Source: Firmicutes bacterium HGW-Firmicutes-21
Lineage (GTDB): Bacteria; Bacillota; Clostridia; Oscillospirales; CAG-382
Direction of reading: 5' to 3'
Assembly: GCA_002841455.1 (NCBI GenBank)
Contig: PGZT01000001.1
Coordinates: 81,919-137,921, forward strand
DNA length: 56,003 bases
Shown: positions 18,132 to 26,878 of the stretch, in pieces
How the letters are laid out: the number at the start of each line of letters is the position of its first letter
Position numbering within the stretch: position 1 is the stretch's first letter
The notes under the pieces: model-generated
What the model was told of the DNA's origin: nothing
Databases searched by the model: none
What the model saw: the letters and a program-made list of their open reading frames with translations, nothing else
Made by a program: the position numbers and the translations under genes

Positions 18132-20234
18132 CTATACAGAATAAAGAATCTCGCCGTATGTGGGGAAGGGCCAGTACTTGGCTCCCACGAGTGTCTCAAG
18201 CTCATCTGCCGTGGCACGGAACTCCTGCATCTCGGCAAGAACCGTTTCCTTGTAGAACATTGCGTGTGCTGCTGTGTTACCGTTCTTATCGCCTGCCGAG
18301 ATAAGTGTTTTTTCTAACAAATCCGCCTTTTTAAACAATATGGAGGCAAGCCTGCCAAGCTTCTCCGCAAGTGCGACCTCGCTGTCGTCGGAAATATCTA
18401 TTCCTATCTCCTTTTTAGCTTTTGCCGCTCCCGCAAGCATCTTTCCGTATTCATAAACTGCGGGAAGAATGTCCTTGCGAACCATATCAAGCATTGTAAG
18501 CGCCTCTATGCTGATTACCTTGCAATAATTCTCGAGCAGCAGCTCGCAGCGGGAATGAATCTCAGCCTCGGTGAAAATCTTGTGCTTTGTAAACAGCTTG
18601 ATATTCTTCTCGCTGACAAAGTACGGGAGTGCCTCCGGTGTGCTCTTGAGGTTGAGCAACCCGCGTTGCTTTGCTTCAGCAACCCACTCTTTTGCATAAT
18701 TGTTGCCGTTGAAGATAATCCTTTTATGCTTAATAACGGTCTCCTTGATAAGAGCATCGACTTCCTTATTAAAATCGGATGCTTTTTCAAGACGATCGGC
18801 AAACTCGGACAGAGCCTCCGCAACTATGGTGTTGAGTATTATGTTCGGACCCGATACAGAAAAGGTCGAGCCGAGCATACGGAACTCGAATTTATTCCCC
18901 GTAAAAGCAAAGGGAGAGGTGCGGTTTCGGTCGGTGGTGTCCTTTTTAAAGTCGGGAAGAACATGGATTCCCGTCTGCATTGTATTAGCCTTGGTACAGT
19001 TATATTCGCAGCCCTTCTCTATTGAATCGAGTATTGAGGTCAACTCGTCTCCCAGGAATATGGACACGATTGCGGGAGGAGCCTCGTTAGCGCCGAGACG
19101 GTGGTCGTTACCCGCACTCGCAACGGAGATACGGAGCAAATCCTGATGCTCGTCGACCGCTTTTATAACAGCCGCAAGGAAGAGCATAAACCGTTTATTC
19201 TCTATCGGGTTTTTACCCGGCTTAAACAGATTTACACCGGTATTTGTGGCAAGCGACCAATTGTTATGCTTGCCGCTTCCGTTTACTCCGGCAAAGGGCT
19301 TCTCATGAAGCAGACACGCCATACCGTGCCGCTCGGCGACCTTTTTCATCATCTCCATGGTGAGCTGATTATGGTCGGTGGCAATGTTTGCGGTTGTATA
19401 AATAGGCGCAAGCTCGTGCTGTGCGGGAGCAACCTCGTTATGCTCGGTTTTTGCGAGTATTCCTATCTTCCACAGCTCCTTGTTAAGGTCCTGCATAAAC
19501 GCCATTACTCTGGGTCTTATTGAGCCGAAATAATGGTCCTCAAGCTCCTGTCCCTTGGGCGGCTTTGCGCCGAAAAGGGTTCTGCCCGAGAAACGGAGGT
19601 CCTTACGCTTGAGATAGCAACCCCTGTCGACAAGGAAGTATTCCTGCTCCGGACCGACCTCGGAGGTTACATGTGTTACAGCACTGTCTCCGAACAATTG
19701 CAAGACACGGCACGCTTGAGTGCTTATAACCTCCATAGAGCGGAGAAGGGGCATCTTTTTATCCAGAACCTCGCCGCTGTAGGAGCAGAAAATTGTGGGT
19801 ATGCATAGAGAGTTATCCTTTATAAACGCATATGAGGTAGGATCCCATGCGGTATAGCCTCTTGCTTCAAAGGTAGCTCTTAAGCCGCCGGAGGGGAAGG
19901 AGGAAGCATCCGGCTCGCCTTTTATCAGCTCTTTTCCGGAGAACTCCATAATAACCTTGCCGTCAGCCTGCGGAGATATAAAGCAGTCGTGCTTCTCGGC
20001 GGTAATGCCGGTCATGGGCTGGAACCAATGTGTATAATGAGTTACGCCTTTTTCGAGAGCCCAATCCTTCATCGCGGTTGCTACACTGTTAGCAACGGTG
20101 ATATCAAGATCGTTACCCTCCTCTATTGTTTTTTTGAGTGATCTGTATATTTCCTTAGGCAGCTTCTCTTTCATAACAGAGTCGCTGAAAACAAGTGAGC
20201 CGTAGATCTCCGGCACTTTCGAGTCGTTAATCAA
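18132..20234 (-). CDS. glnN: Glutamine synthetase type III
   Basis: 700 aa; [80 protein letters not shown]. Confidence 0.97.
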   Translation of the reverse strand: MINDSKVPEIYGSLVFSDSVMKEKLPKEIYRSLKKTIEEGNDLDITVANSVATAMKDWALEKGVTHYTHWFQPMTGITAEKHDCFISPQADGKVIMEFSGKELIKGEPDASSFPSGGLRATFEARGYTAWDPTSYAFIKDNSLCIPTIFCSYSGEVLDKKMPLLRSMEVISTQACRVLQLFGDSAVTHVTSEVGPEQEYFLVDRGCYLKRKDLRFSGRTLFGAKPPKGQELEDHYFGSIRPRVMAFMQDLNKELWKIGILAKTEHNEVAPAQHELAPIYTTANIATDHNQLTMEMMKKVAERHGMACLLHEKPFAGVNGSGKHNNWSLATNTGVNLFKPGKNPIENKRFMLFLAAVIKAVDEHQDLLRISVASAGNDHRLGANEAPPAIVSIFLGDELTSILDSIEKGCEYNCTKANTMQTGIHVLPDFKKDTTDRNRTSPFAFTGNKFEFRMLGSTFSVSGPNIILNTIVAEALSEFADRLEKASDFNKEVDALIKETVIKHKRIIFNGNNYAKEWVAEAKQRGLLNLKSTPEALPYFVSEKNIKLFTKHKIFTEAEIHSRCELLLENYCKVISIEALTMLDMVRKDILPAVYEYGKMLAGAAKAKKEIGIDISDDSEVALAEKLGRLASILFKKADLLEKTLISAGDKNGNTAAHAMFYKETVLAEMQEFRATADELETLVGAKYWPFPTYGEILYSV

Positions 20235-20270
20235 ATTTATCGTCCCTCCGATTACAATTGTATATTTAGT

Positions 20271-21278
20271 TTATAAAAGTTCGATACCGGCGGCGGAACA
20301 AATACTCTTTGTCTCGCTGTCCCAAATGGATACCTGAACCTCGCCTATATGAGCTTTTCCGAGCAGCAGCATACAGAACCTCGATTGTCCGATTCCGCCG
20401 CCTATAGAGAGCGGAAGAGTTCCGTCCAATAACAGGCTGTGGAACATCATGCTCTTTCTGTCCTCCGCACCCGCTGCGGCGAGCTGTGTCTCAAGTGAAG
20501 CGCTGTCAACACGGATACCCATCGAGGAAACCTCAAAAGCCATGCCGAGCAGCTCGTTCCAGAATATTATATCACCGTTGAGTTCCCAATCGTCGTAATC
20601 GGGAGCGCGGCCGTCGTGCTTAATGCCGGACTTGAGCTTTCCGCCTATCTTCATTACAAAAACCGTTTTATGTATTTTTGTGTAAGCGTCTTCTCTCTCT
20701 CTCGGGGTGAGGTCGGGATACATATCCTCAAGCTCCTGTGTGGTTACAAAGCTGACCTGATCAGACATCTCTGTGGTAAGCTGCGGAAAGAGCTGCTTAA
20801 TGTAAGCGTTTGTGTCGCACATAGCCTTGACTTCACTGCGGACAATTTCCTTCAGGAAATCAATATTCCGTTGCTGTGCGGTGATAACCTTTTCCCAGTC
20901 CCACTGATCCACATATATGGAATGCAGATTGTCCATAATCTCGTCTCTGCGGATTGCGTTCATGTCCGTATAAAGACCCTCGCTCACCGGGAAACCGTAT
21001 TTATACAGTGCATAACGCTTCCATTTTGCAAGCGAGTGAACAACCGCTCCGTCGGTTTTGGCATCGGCTATATCAAACGACACCGCGCGTTCCGTACCGT
21101 TAAGGTCATCATTCAAACCGGTTGCAGGCTCTACGAACAGCGGAGCCGAAACTCTCTTTATGTTCAGAGCCGCACTCAGCTTATCCTCGAAGCTTCTTTT
21201 AATTATACCGATTGCCATCTGTGTTTCGTAAAGGGACAAAACAGGTTTGTAATCTTTTGGAATAAGAGTTTTGCTCAT
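20271..21278 (-). CDS. asnA: Aspartate--ammonia ligase (asparagine synthetase A)
   Basis: GLNDDLNG, VHSLAKWKR, YVDQWDWE, HDGRAPDYDDW, SSMGIRV, GGGIGQSR. Start is ATG 21278 or 21284. Confidence 0.97.
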   Translation of the reverse strand: MSKTLIPKDYKPVLSLYETQMAIGIIKRSFEDKLSAALNIKRVSAPLFVEPATGLNDDLNGTERAVSFDIADAKTDGAVVHSLAKWKRYALYKYGFPVSEGLYTDMNAIRRDEIMDNLHSIYVDQWDWEKVITAQQRNIDFLKEIVRSEVKAMCDTNAYIKQLFPQLTTEMSDQVSFVTTQELEDMYPDLTPREREDAYTKIHKTVFVMKIGGKLKSGIKHDGRAPDYDDWELNGDIIFWNELLGMAFEVSSMGIRVDSASLETQLAAAGAEDRKSMMFHSLLLDGTLPLSIGGGIGQSRFCMLLLGKAHIGEVQVSIWDSETKSICSAAGIELL

Positions 21279-21300
21279 TTTCATACCGCCTTTTCTGTTT

Positions 21301-21356
21301 AATAATAAAATAGCAAAAGCACTGCGGGCAAGAATTTCCCACAGCGCCTTTGCTGT
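21301..21356 (-). promoter_or_regulatory. ANTAR-type attenuator in the asnA-glnN leader
   Basis: Hairpin ACAGC-AAAGGC-GCTGT (cf. ANTAR motif AGCAANGRRGCY) overlaps the 5' arm of a 17-bp terminator (AGCAAAGGCGCTGTGGG/CCCGCAGTGCTTTTGCT) followed by ATTTTATTATT. Confidence 0.75.
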
Positions 21357-21365
21357 ATGCAAGGT

Positions 21366-21394
21366 ATTATAAACCTTTTTTTTTACCTTGTCAA
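21366..21394 (-). promoter_or_regulatory. Consensus sigma-A promoter of asnA-glnN
   Basis: TTGACA-N17-TATAAT on the minus strand. Confidence 0.9.
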
Positions 21395-21444
21395 TACCTT
21401 TTGTAAAAAAAAATCCCTCCGGCGGAATTTTCGGTTAAAAAGGG

Positions 21445-21473
21445 TTGACAAAATACATTTTTGTTTGTATAAT
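21445..21473 (+). promoter_or_regulatory. Consensus sigma-A promoter of the glutamate synthase operon
   Basis: TTGACA-N17-TATAAT. Confidence 0.9.
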
Positions 21474-21480
21474 GCTGTTA

Positions 21481-21552
21481 GGACAAAGGTGTCTGACATA
21501 TTAACGCAGAGGGCTATATATTTGTGTTATCATGTCAGGCACCTTTTTTATT
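21481..21552 (+). promoter_or_regulatory. ANTAR-type attenuator in the glutamate synthase operon leader
   Basis: Hairpin GGAC-AAAGGT-GTCT overlaps the 5' arm of a long terminator (AAAGGTGTCTGACAT/ATGTCAGGCACCTTT) followed by a T tract. Confidence 0.7.
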
Positions 21553-21577
21553 CAATTATAATATAGGAGATATAAAT

Positions 21578-22684
21578 ATGTTAAGAGAAGGAACGAACGG
21601 ATACAGAATACCTGCCGGCTGCGCTATCTCGGGTATTTTTTCCAAGGAAGGTAAGCGTATCAGCGGCGAAAACATTATTAAATCCATCGGACTTATGCAC
21701 GAGCGTTCAAACGGCTTGGGCGGCGGATTTGCCGGATACGGAATTTATCCGGAATACAAGGACCTGTACGCATTCCATATATTTTATGATAATTTTAAAG
21801 CAAAGGACGAGTGCGAGCATTTTCTGGACCGTCATTTTGATATTGTAAATCTGTCAAAGATACCCACAAAAAAGATACAATCGATAACCAACGAGCCTCT
21901 TATATGGCGTTATTTTGTAAAGCCGTTGCCGACCAAGCTCGCAGACAGTCAGCTTGACGAGGACGAGTTCACAGCCCGTTCGGTTATCAAGGTTAATGTT
22001 AAGATAGAAGGAGCTTATATATTCTCAAGCGGAAAGAACATGGGCGTTTTTAAAGCGGTCGGTTATCCGGAGGATGTCGGCGAATTTTATAAATTGGATC
22101 AGTACGAGGGATATTGCTGGACCGCACACGGCAGGTATCCGACAAACACGCCGGGCTGGTGGGGCGGAGCCCATCCCTTCGCCCTGCTCGGCCTATCTAT
22201 AGTGCATAACGGCGAGATTTCTTCTTATGACGCAAACCGTCGATTTATCGAGATGTTTGGATATAACTGTACATTGCTGACCGATACGGAGGTTATTACA
22301 TATATTATAGATTATCTGTGCCGCAAGCAGGGATTAACAATAAAGGAAGCCGCCGAGGTCATTGCCGCTCCGTTCTGGAAGACAATCGACAAAAAGGACG
22401 AGAAGGACAGGGAGAGGCTGACCTATCTTCGCAACACCTTTGCGAGCCTGCTGATAACAGGACCTTTTTCTATACTTGTCGGCTTTGACGGCGGAATAAT
22501 GGCTCTTAATGACAGGCTCAAGCTGCGCTCTATGGTTGTAGGCGAAAAGGATGATACCGTGTACATTGCGAGCGAGGAAAGCGCCATCCGACTTATAGAG
22601 CCTAATCTTGACAGAGTTTTTGCTCCCAAGGGCGGCGAGCCGGTTATATACACCTTTAACGAGCGAATTAATTCCGAAAGATAA
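21578..22684 (+). CDS. Class II glutamine amidotransferase subunit of a split glutamate synthase (GltB1-like)
   Basis: Ntn nucleophile context GCAISG after a short propeptide; ERSNGLGGG, HGRYPTNT, AHPF, VHNGEI, TDTE, DRLKLR. AGGAG RBS before ATG 21578. Confidence 0.9.
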   Translation: MLREGTNGYRIPAGCAISGIFSKEGKRISGENIIKSIGLMHERSNGLGGGFAGYGIYPEYKDLYAFHIFYDNFKAKDECEHFLDRHFDIVNLSKIPTKKIQSITNEPLIWRYFVKPLPTKLADSQLDEDEFTARSVIKVNVKIEGAYIFSSGKNMGVFKAVGYPEDVGEFYKLDQYEGYCWTAHGRYPTNTPGWWGGAHPFALLGLSIVHNGEISSYDANRRFIEMFGYNCTLLTDTEVITYIIDYLCRKQGLTIKEAAEVIAAPFWKTIDKKDEKDRERLTYLRNTFASLLITGPFSILVGFDGGIMALNDRLKLRSMVVGEKDDTVYIASEESAIRLIEPNLDRVFAPKGGEPVIYTFNERINSER

Positions 22685-22821
22685 ATTTTTCAAATACGGT
22701 TTTGTGCCTTGTCTGCAAGAGGTGCAGTCATTTGTATTTCATACAAAACGGCACAATTCCCGCTCATTGCCGAAAGATATAGTTTTAATCTAAAAAATCC
22801 ACATAGTTAGGAAGATTTGTT

Positions 22822-24327
22822 ATGTCAATTGATTTTATATATCCCGAATACGAAATAGCGAGAAACAAAGATCGCTGTATAAACTGCCGTGTCTGCGAGA
22901 AACAATGCGCAAACGAGGTACATAAATACCACGCAGACCTAAAAATGATGCAGGCTGACGACCTTAAATGCGTCAACTGTCAGCGTTGTGTATCGTTATG
23001 CCCTACAAGAGCGTTAAAGATTGTAAAAACGGATAATACATATAAGGAAAACGCTCATTGGAAGGGACGCACCATGTCCGAGATTTATCTTCAGGCAGGA
23101 AGCGGCGGCGTTTTGCTTTCCTCGATGGGAAACCCTGTCGATTACCCTATTTACTGGGATAAAATACTTATAAACGCCTCACAGGTAACAAACCCCTCCA
23201 TTGACCCGCTCAGAGAGCCTATGGAGACCAGAACCTTTCTCGGACAACGCCCTAACAAAATCGAGAGAGACAAGGACGGCAACATTGTAAACAATATGGC
23301 TCCTCAGCTGGAGCTGTCCACACCGATTATGTTCTCCGCAATGTCCTACGGCTCAATCAGCTACAACGCACACGAGAGTCTTGCGAGAGCGGCTACGGAG
23401 CTGGGCATATATTATAACACGGGAGAGGGCGGACTCCACGAGGATTTCTACAAATACGGAGCAAACACAATTGTTCAGGTAGCTTCGGGACGGTTCGGCG
23501 TACATAAGGATTACCTAAACGCAGGAGCCGCCGTCGAGATAAAAATGGGACAGGGTGCAAAGCCGGGTATCGGCGGACACCTGCCGGGCGCTAAAATTGT
23601 GGGTGATGTGTCAAGGACCAGAATGATACCCGAGGGGTCCGACGCAATTTCACCCGCTCCTCATCACGATATTTATTCCATCGAGGATTTACATCAGCTT
23701 GTAATGTCGCTTAAAGAGGCGACCAATTATACAAAACCCGTTATCGTAAAGATAGCGGCGGTGCATAATGTTGCAGCGATTGCGTCGGGAATAGCCCGCA
23801 GCGGAGCGGATATTATATCGCTCGACGGCTTCAGAGGCGGAACAGGTGCCGCTCCGACAAGAATCAGAGACAATGTGGGTATTCCGATAGAGCTTGCGCT
23901 GGCAAGCGTTGATAAGCGGCTTCGTGACGAGGGAATAAGGAACAATGTGTCGCTTGTTGTGGGCGGCTCGGTAAGAAGCAGCGCGGATGTCGTAAAGGCG
24001 ATTGCTCTTGGTGCGGATGCGGTTTATGTTGCGACCAGCGCATTGCTTGCTCTCGGTTGTCATCTTTGCAGGAGTTGCCACGGCGGTAAATGCAACTGGG
24101 GAATAGCAACACAACGGGCTGATTTGGTAAAAAGACTTAACCCGGAAATAGGATATAAACGGCTTGTCAACCTTGTCGAGGCTTGGACACATGAGATAAA
24201 GGAAATGATGGGCGGTATGGGCATTAACTCAATCGAAGCCCTGAAGGGCAACAGGCTTATGCTCAGAGGCGTGGGGCTTAACGAGAAGGAGCTCGAAATC
24301 TTAGGCATCTATCACGCAGGGCAATAA
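22822..24327 (+). CDS. FMN-binding subunit of a split glutamate synthase with an N-terminal 2x[4Fe-4S] domain (GltB2-like)
   Basis: Two CxxCxxCxxxC motifs; AMSYGS, NTGEGG, QVASGRFGV, EIKMGQGAKPGIGGHLPG, SPAPHHDIYSIEDL, and a [3Fe-4S] Cys motif. Confidence 0.95.
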   Translation: MSIDFIYPEYEIARNKDRCINCRVCEKQCANEVHKYHADLKMMQADDLKCVNCQRCVSLCPTRALKIVKTDNTYKENAHWKGRTMSEIYLQAGSGGVLLSSMGNPVDYPIYWDKILINASQVTNPSIDPLREPMETRTFLGQRPNKIERDKDGNIVNNMAPQLELSTPIMFSAMSYGSISYNAHESLARAATELGIYYNTGEGGLHEDFYKYGANTIVQVASGRFGVHKDYLNAGAAVEIKMGQGAKPGIGGHLPGAKIVGDVSRTRMIPEGSDAISPAPHHDIYSIEDLHQLVMSLKEATNYTKPVIVKIAAVHNVAAIASGIARSGADIISLDGFRGGTGAAPTRIRDNVGIPIELALASVDKRLRDEGIRNNVSLVVGGSVRSSADVVKAIALGADAVYVATSALLALGCHLCRSCHGGKCNWGIATQRADLVKRLNPEIGYKRLVNLVEAWTHEIKEMMGGMGINSIEALKGNRLMLRGVGLNEKELEILGIYHAGQ

Positions 24328-24379
24328 AACCCGAACGAGGCTTGGCTTATATAAAAAATTCCGAAGGGATAAATAATTG

Positions 24380-24838
24380 ATGAAACGAATTATAGTAAAC
24401 GAAAAATGGTGCTTGGGCTGCCGCCTATGCGAATATAACTGTGCTTTCGCAAATTCTGGGAGCATCGGTACGACACCGCTCGATATGGCAAAAGCGCTTA
24501 AGGATATTGTAATAAACCCCCGAATTAAGATAGAAGAAAAGGACGACATCTGCTTTGCGGTATCCTGCCGACATTGCAAGGAGCCTCTCTGCGTCAAGAG
24601 CTGTATAACGGGTGCGCTGACAAGGGTTGACGGCGTTATCCGCATAAACAAAGAGAAATGCGTCGAGTGCCACACCTGTGTGCTCGTATGCCCCTACGGC
24701 GCAATTATGCCGAGCGACGAGGGTGTTATGCAGAAATGCGAGCTTTGTGTACAGAACACGGGAGGAGAGCCGTTCTGCGTTAAGGGCTGTCCGAACAAGG
24801 CGATTGAATTTAAAGAACTTGGAGGGGATTCGGTATGA
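24380..24838 (+). CDS. 4Fe-4S dicluster (four-cluster) electron transfer protein
   Basis: CLGCRLCEYNC, CRHC..PLC..SC, CVECHTCVLVCP, KCELC...CVKGCP. Confidence 0.92.
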   Translation: MKRIIVNEKWCLGCRLCEYNCAFANSGSIGTTPLDMAKALKDIVINPRIKIEEKDDICFAVSCRHCKEPLCVKSCITGALTRVDGVIRINKEKCVECHTCVLVCPYGAIMPSDEGVMQKCELCVQNTGGEPFCVKGCPNKAIEFKELGGDSV

Positions 24839-26082
24839 AATATGTGATTATAGGTAACTCGGCGGCGGCAATAGGCTGCATTGAGGGTATAAGAAGCGTT
24901 GATTCTCAAGGGAGCATTACCGTTATCTCAAAGGAAACACAGCATACATATTCCCGTCCGCTCATATCCTATCTTCTGCTTGGTAAAACCGATTCGGAAA
25001 GAATGAAATACCGAAGCGATAATTTTTATGAAGAAAACAACTGTACCGTAATGTTCGGTACGGAGGTAACAAAAATATCTCCCGATAAAAAAGAGGTTCT
25101 GCTCGATAACGGAAAAAGCGTGAAGTACGATAAGCTGCTTGTCGCAACGGGCTCAAACCCCTTTGTTCCCCCGATAGAGGGAGTAAGCACCGCAAAAAGC
25201 GTACATACTTTTATGTCGCTCGACGATGCGCTTGCTCTGGAAAAGGATTTGACGCCGGACAGCAGGGTAATTATTCTCGGCGGCGGACTTATCGGTCTGA
25301 AATGTGCGGAGGGAATTCTTAAATCCGTTAAAAAGATTACCGTTATTGATATGGCTGACAGGATTCTGCCAAGCATACTCGATTCCGAGGGCTCTTCGAT
25401 AATACAAAAGCACCTTGAATCCAAGGGTATAGAGTTTCTGCTCGGAAACAGCATTTCCAAGGTTGACGGACAGAGAGCGATTCTAAAAAGCGGAGATATA
25501 ATCGAGTTCGACAGCCTTGTAATCGCCGTCGGAGTACGGGCGAATACCGCACTTGTGGCGGAGGCGGGCGGAACAGTAAACAGGGGAATTTACACTGATT
25601 TGAGCTGTAAAACAAGCCTTCACGACATATATTCGGCGGGTGACTGCAGCGAGAGCTACGACATTACCATAGGGCAGCCGAGAGTGCTTGCGCTTTTGCC
25701 TAACGCATATATGCAGGGCGAGGTTGCCGGAGTAAATATGGCAGGCGGAGATATGCTTTATGACCACGCCATACCTATGAATGCCATCGGTTTCTTTGGG
25801 CTGCATGTTATATCGGCGGGCAGCTACGAGGGTGAGTGCTACACCGTAGCAGAGGGAAACAACTATAAGAAGCTGTTTTACAACGACAATAACCTTTTCG
25901 GATATATTCTAATCGGAGAGGTTGCGAGAGCGGGTATTTATACGGCTCTGATTCGTGAGAAAACACCTCTCGACAGCATAGATTTTGAGCTTATCAAGGA
26001 TAAGCCGCAGCTTATGGCCTTTACAAAAAAGGACAGGGCGGCGCTGCTTATAAAGGAAGCTCTGCCAGACAATTGGCAATAA
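24835..26082 (+). CDS. FAD/NAD(P)-dependent pyridine nucleotide-disulfide oxidoreductase (likely reductase for the glutamate synthase)
   Basis: IIGNSAA, ATGS, GGGLIG, IYSAGD; ATGA overlap with the upstream gene. Confidence 0.9.
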   Translation: MKYVIIGNSAAAIGCIEGIRSVDSQGSITVISKETQHTYSRPLISYLLLGKTDSERMKYRSDNFYEENNCTVMFGTEVTKISPDKKEVLLDNGKSVKYDKLLVATGSNPFVPPIEGVSTAKSVHTFMSLDDALALEKDLTPDSRVIILGGGLIGLKCAEGILKSVKKITVIDMADRILPSILDSEGSSIIQKHLESKGIEFLLGNSISKVDGQRAILKSGDIIEFDSLVIAVGVRANTALVAEAGGTVNRGIYTDLSCKTSLHDIYSAGDCSESYDITIGQPRVLALLPNAYMQGEVAGVNMAGGDMLYDHAIPMNAIGFFGLHVISAGSYEGECYTVAEGNNYKKLFYNDNNLFGYILIGEVARAGIYTALIREKTPLDSIDFELIKDKPQLMAFTKKDRAALLIKEALPDNWQ

Positions 26083-26107
26083 ATAATAAGTATAAGGGAT
26101 TGGTATT

Positions 26108-26755
26108 ATGGAAAGAAACTGTATGGGCGAAAGGTATCTGGGCTGCGGCAGTGCGGGAGAGAGGATTATCCTCAACGGAACCCCCGGCAACGCACTCGGC
26201 GCATATCTTGACGGCTCGGAAATAATAATAAACGGAAACGCACAGGACGCTACGGGCGATACCATGAACGGCGGAAGCATAACCATCCACGGCAGCACCG
26301 GGGATGCTTGCGGTTATGCGATGCGCGGCGGCGAGATTTATGTCAGAGACAGTGCGGGCTACCGTGCCGGTATCCATATGAAGGCATATAAAGAGAAGCT
26401 GCCGGTGCTTGTAATCGGCGGCAGAGCGGGCAGCTTCCTCGGCGAATATCAGGCGGGCGGAATTATCATCGTACTCGGACTCGGCTTTGAGGGCAAGAGC
26501 GTGGTGGGATATTTTTGCGGAACGGGTATGCACGGAGGCAAGATTTATCTCCGCACAGAGGAGATGCCGCAGGACCTTCCCGAGCAGGTTATGGTCCGTC
26601 TTGCCACGGAAGAGGATATGAAGGATATCGACAGATATATTACAAGCTATTCGGAAAAGTTCGGGGTAAATAAAGAGGATATAACAAGCAGCGGCTTCTA
26701 TGTCTTGACTCCAAACACAAAAAATCCTTACAAAAGGCTTTACTGTTATAATTAA
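26108..26755 (+). CDS. GXGXG beta-helix subunit of a split glutamate synthase (GltB3-like)
   Basis: Repeated GxMxGG units (GDTMNGG, GYAMRGG, GEYQAGG, GTGMHGG); AAGGGA RBS. Confidence 0.9.
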   Translation: MERNCMGERYLGCGSAGERIILNGTPGNALGAYLDGSEIIINGNAQDATGDTMNGGSITIHGSTGDACGYAMRGGEIYVRDSAGYRAGIHMKAYKEKLPVLVIGGRAGSFLGEYQAGGIIIVLGLGFEGKSVVGYFCGTGMHGGKIYLRTEEMPQDLPEQVMVRLATEEDMKDIDRYITSYSEKFGVNKEDITSSGFYVLTPNTKNPYKRLYCYN

Positions 26756-26839
26756 TTGGTGTATAATAGCAGTGTTATGAGGGTTATAAAGGTTAAACCC
26801 TTAACAAGCCGTTTCGCCGGCGAGAAACGGCTTTGTTTT
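26739..26839 (+). promoter_or_regulatory. sigma-A promoter, leader hairpin and terminator upstream of the GS-like/ANTAR pair
   Basis: TTTACT-N17-TATAAT (26739-26767); hairpin AGGGTT-ATAAAGGTTA-AACCCT; terminator AAGCCGTTTC/GAAACGGCTT followed by TGTTTT. Confidence 0.55.
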
Positions 26840-26878
26840 ACATTGTGTATTTTACAACCGGAGAAACGGACGAGGCAT

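Noticed and set aside
21426-21440. CodY box between the divergent nitrogen promoters
   Set aside because: AATTTTCGGTTAAAA has about five mismatches to AATTTTCWGAAAATT.
22669-24376. Similar AATTCCGAA...GATAAAT words near the ends of two glt genes
   Set aside because: Short, AT-rich and imperfect; compatible with chance.
26040-26110. Programmed frameshift or readthrough fusing the FAD oxidoreductase to the GXGXG subunit
   Set aside because: Multiple stops lie in the gap, and a usable RBS precedes ATG 26108.
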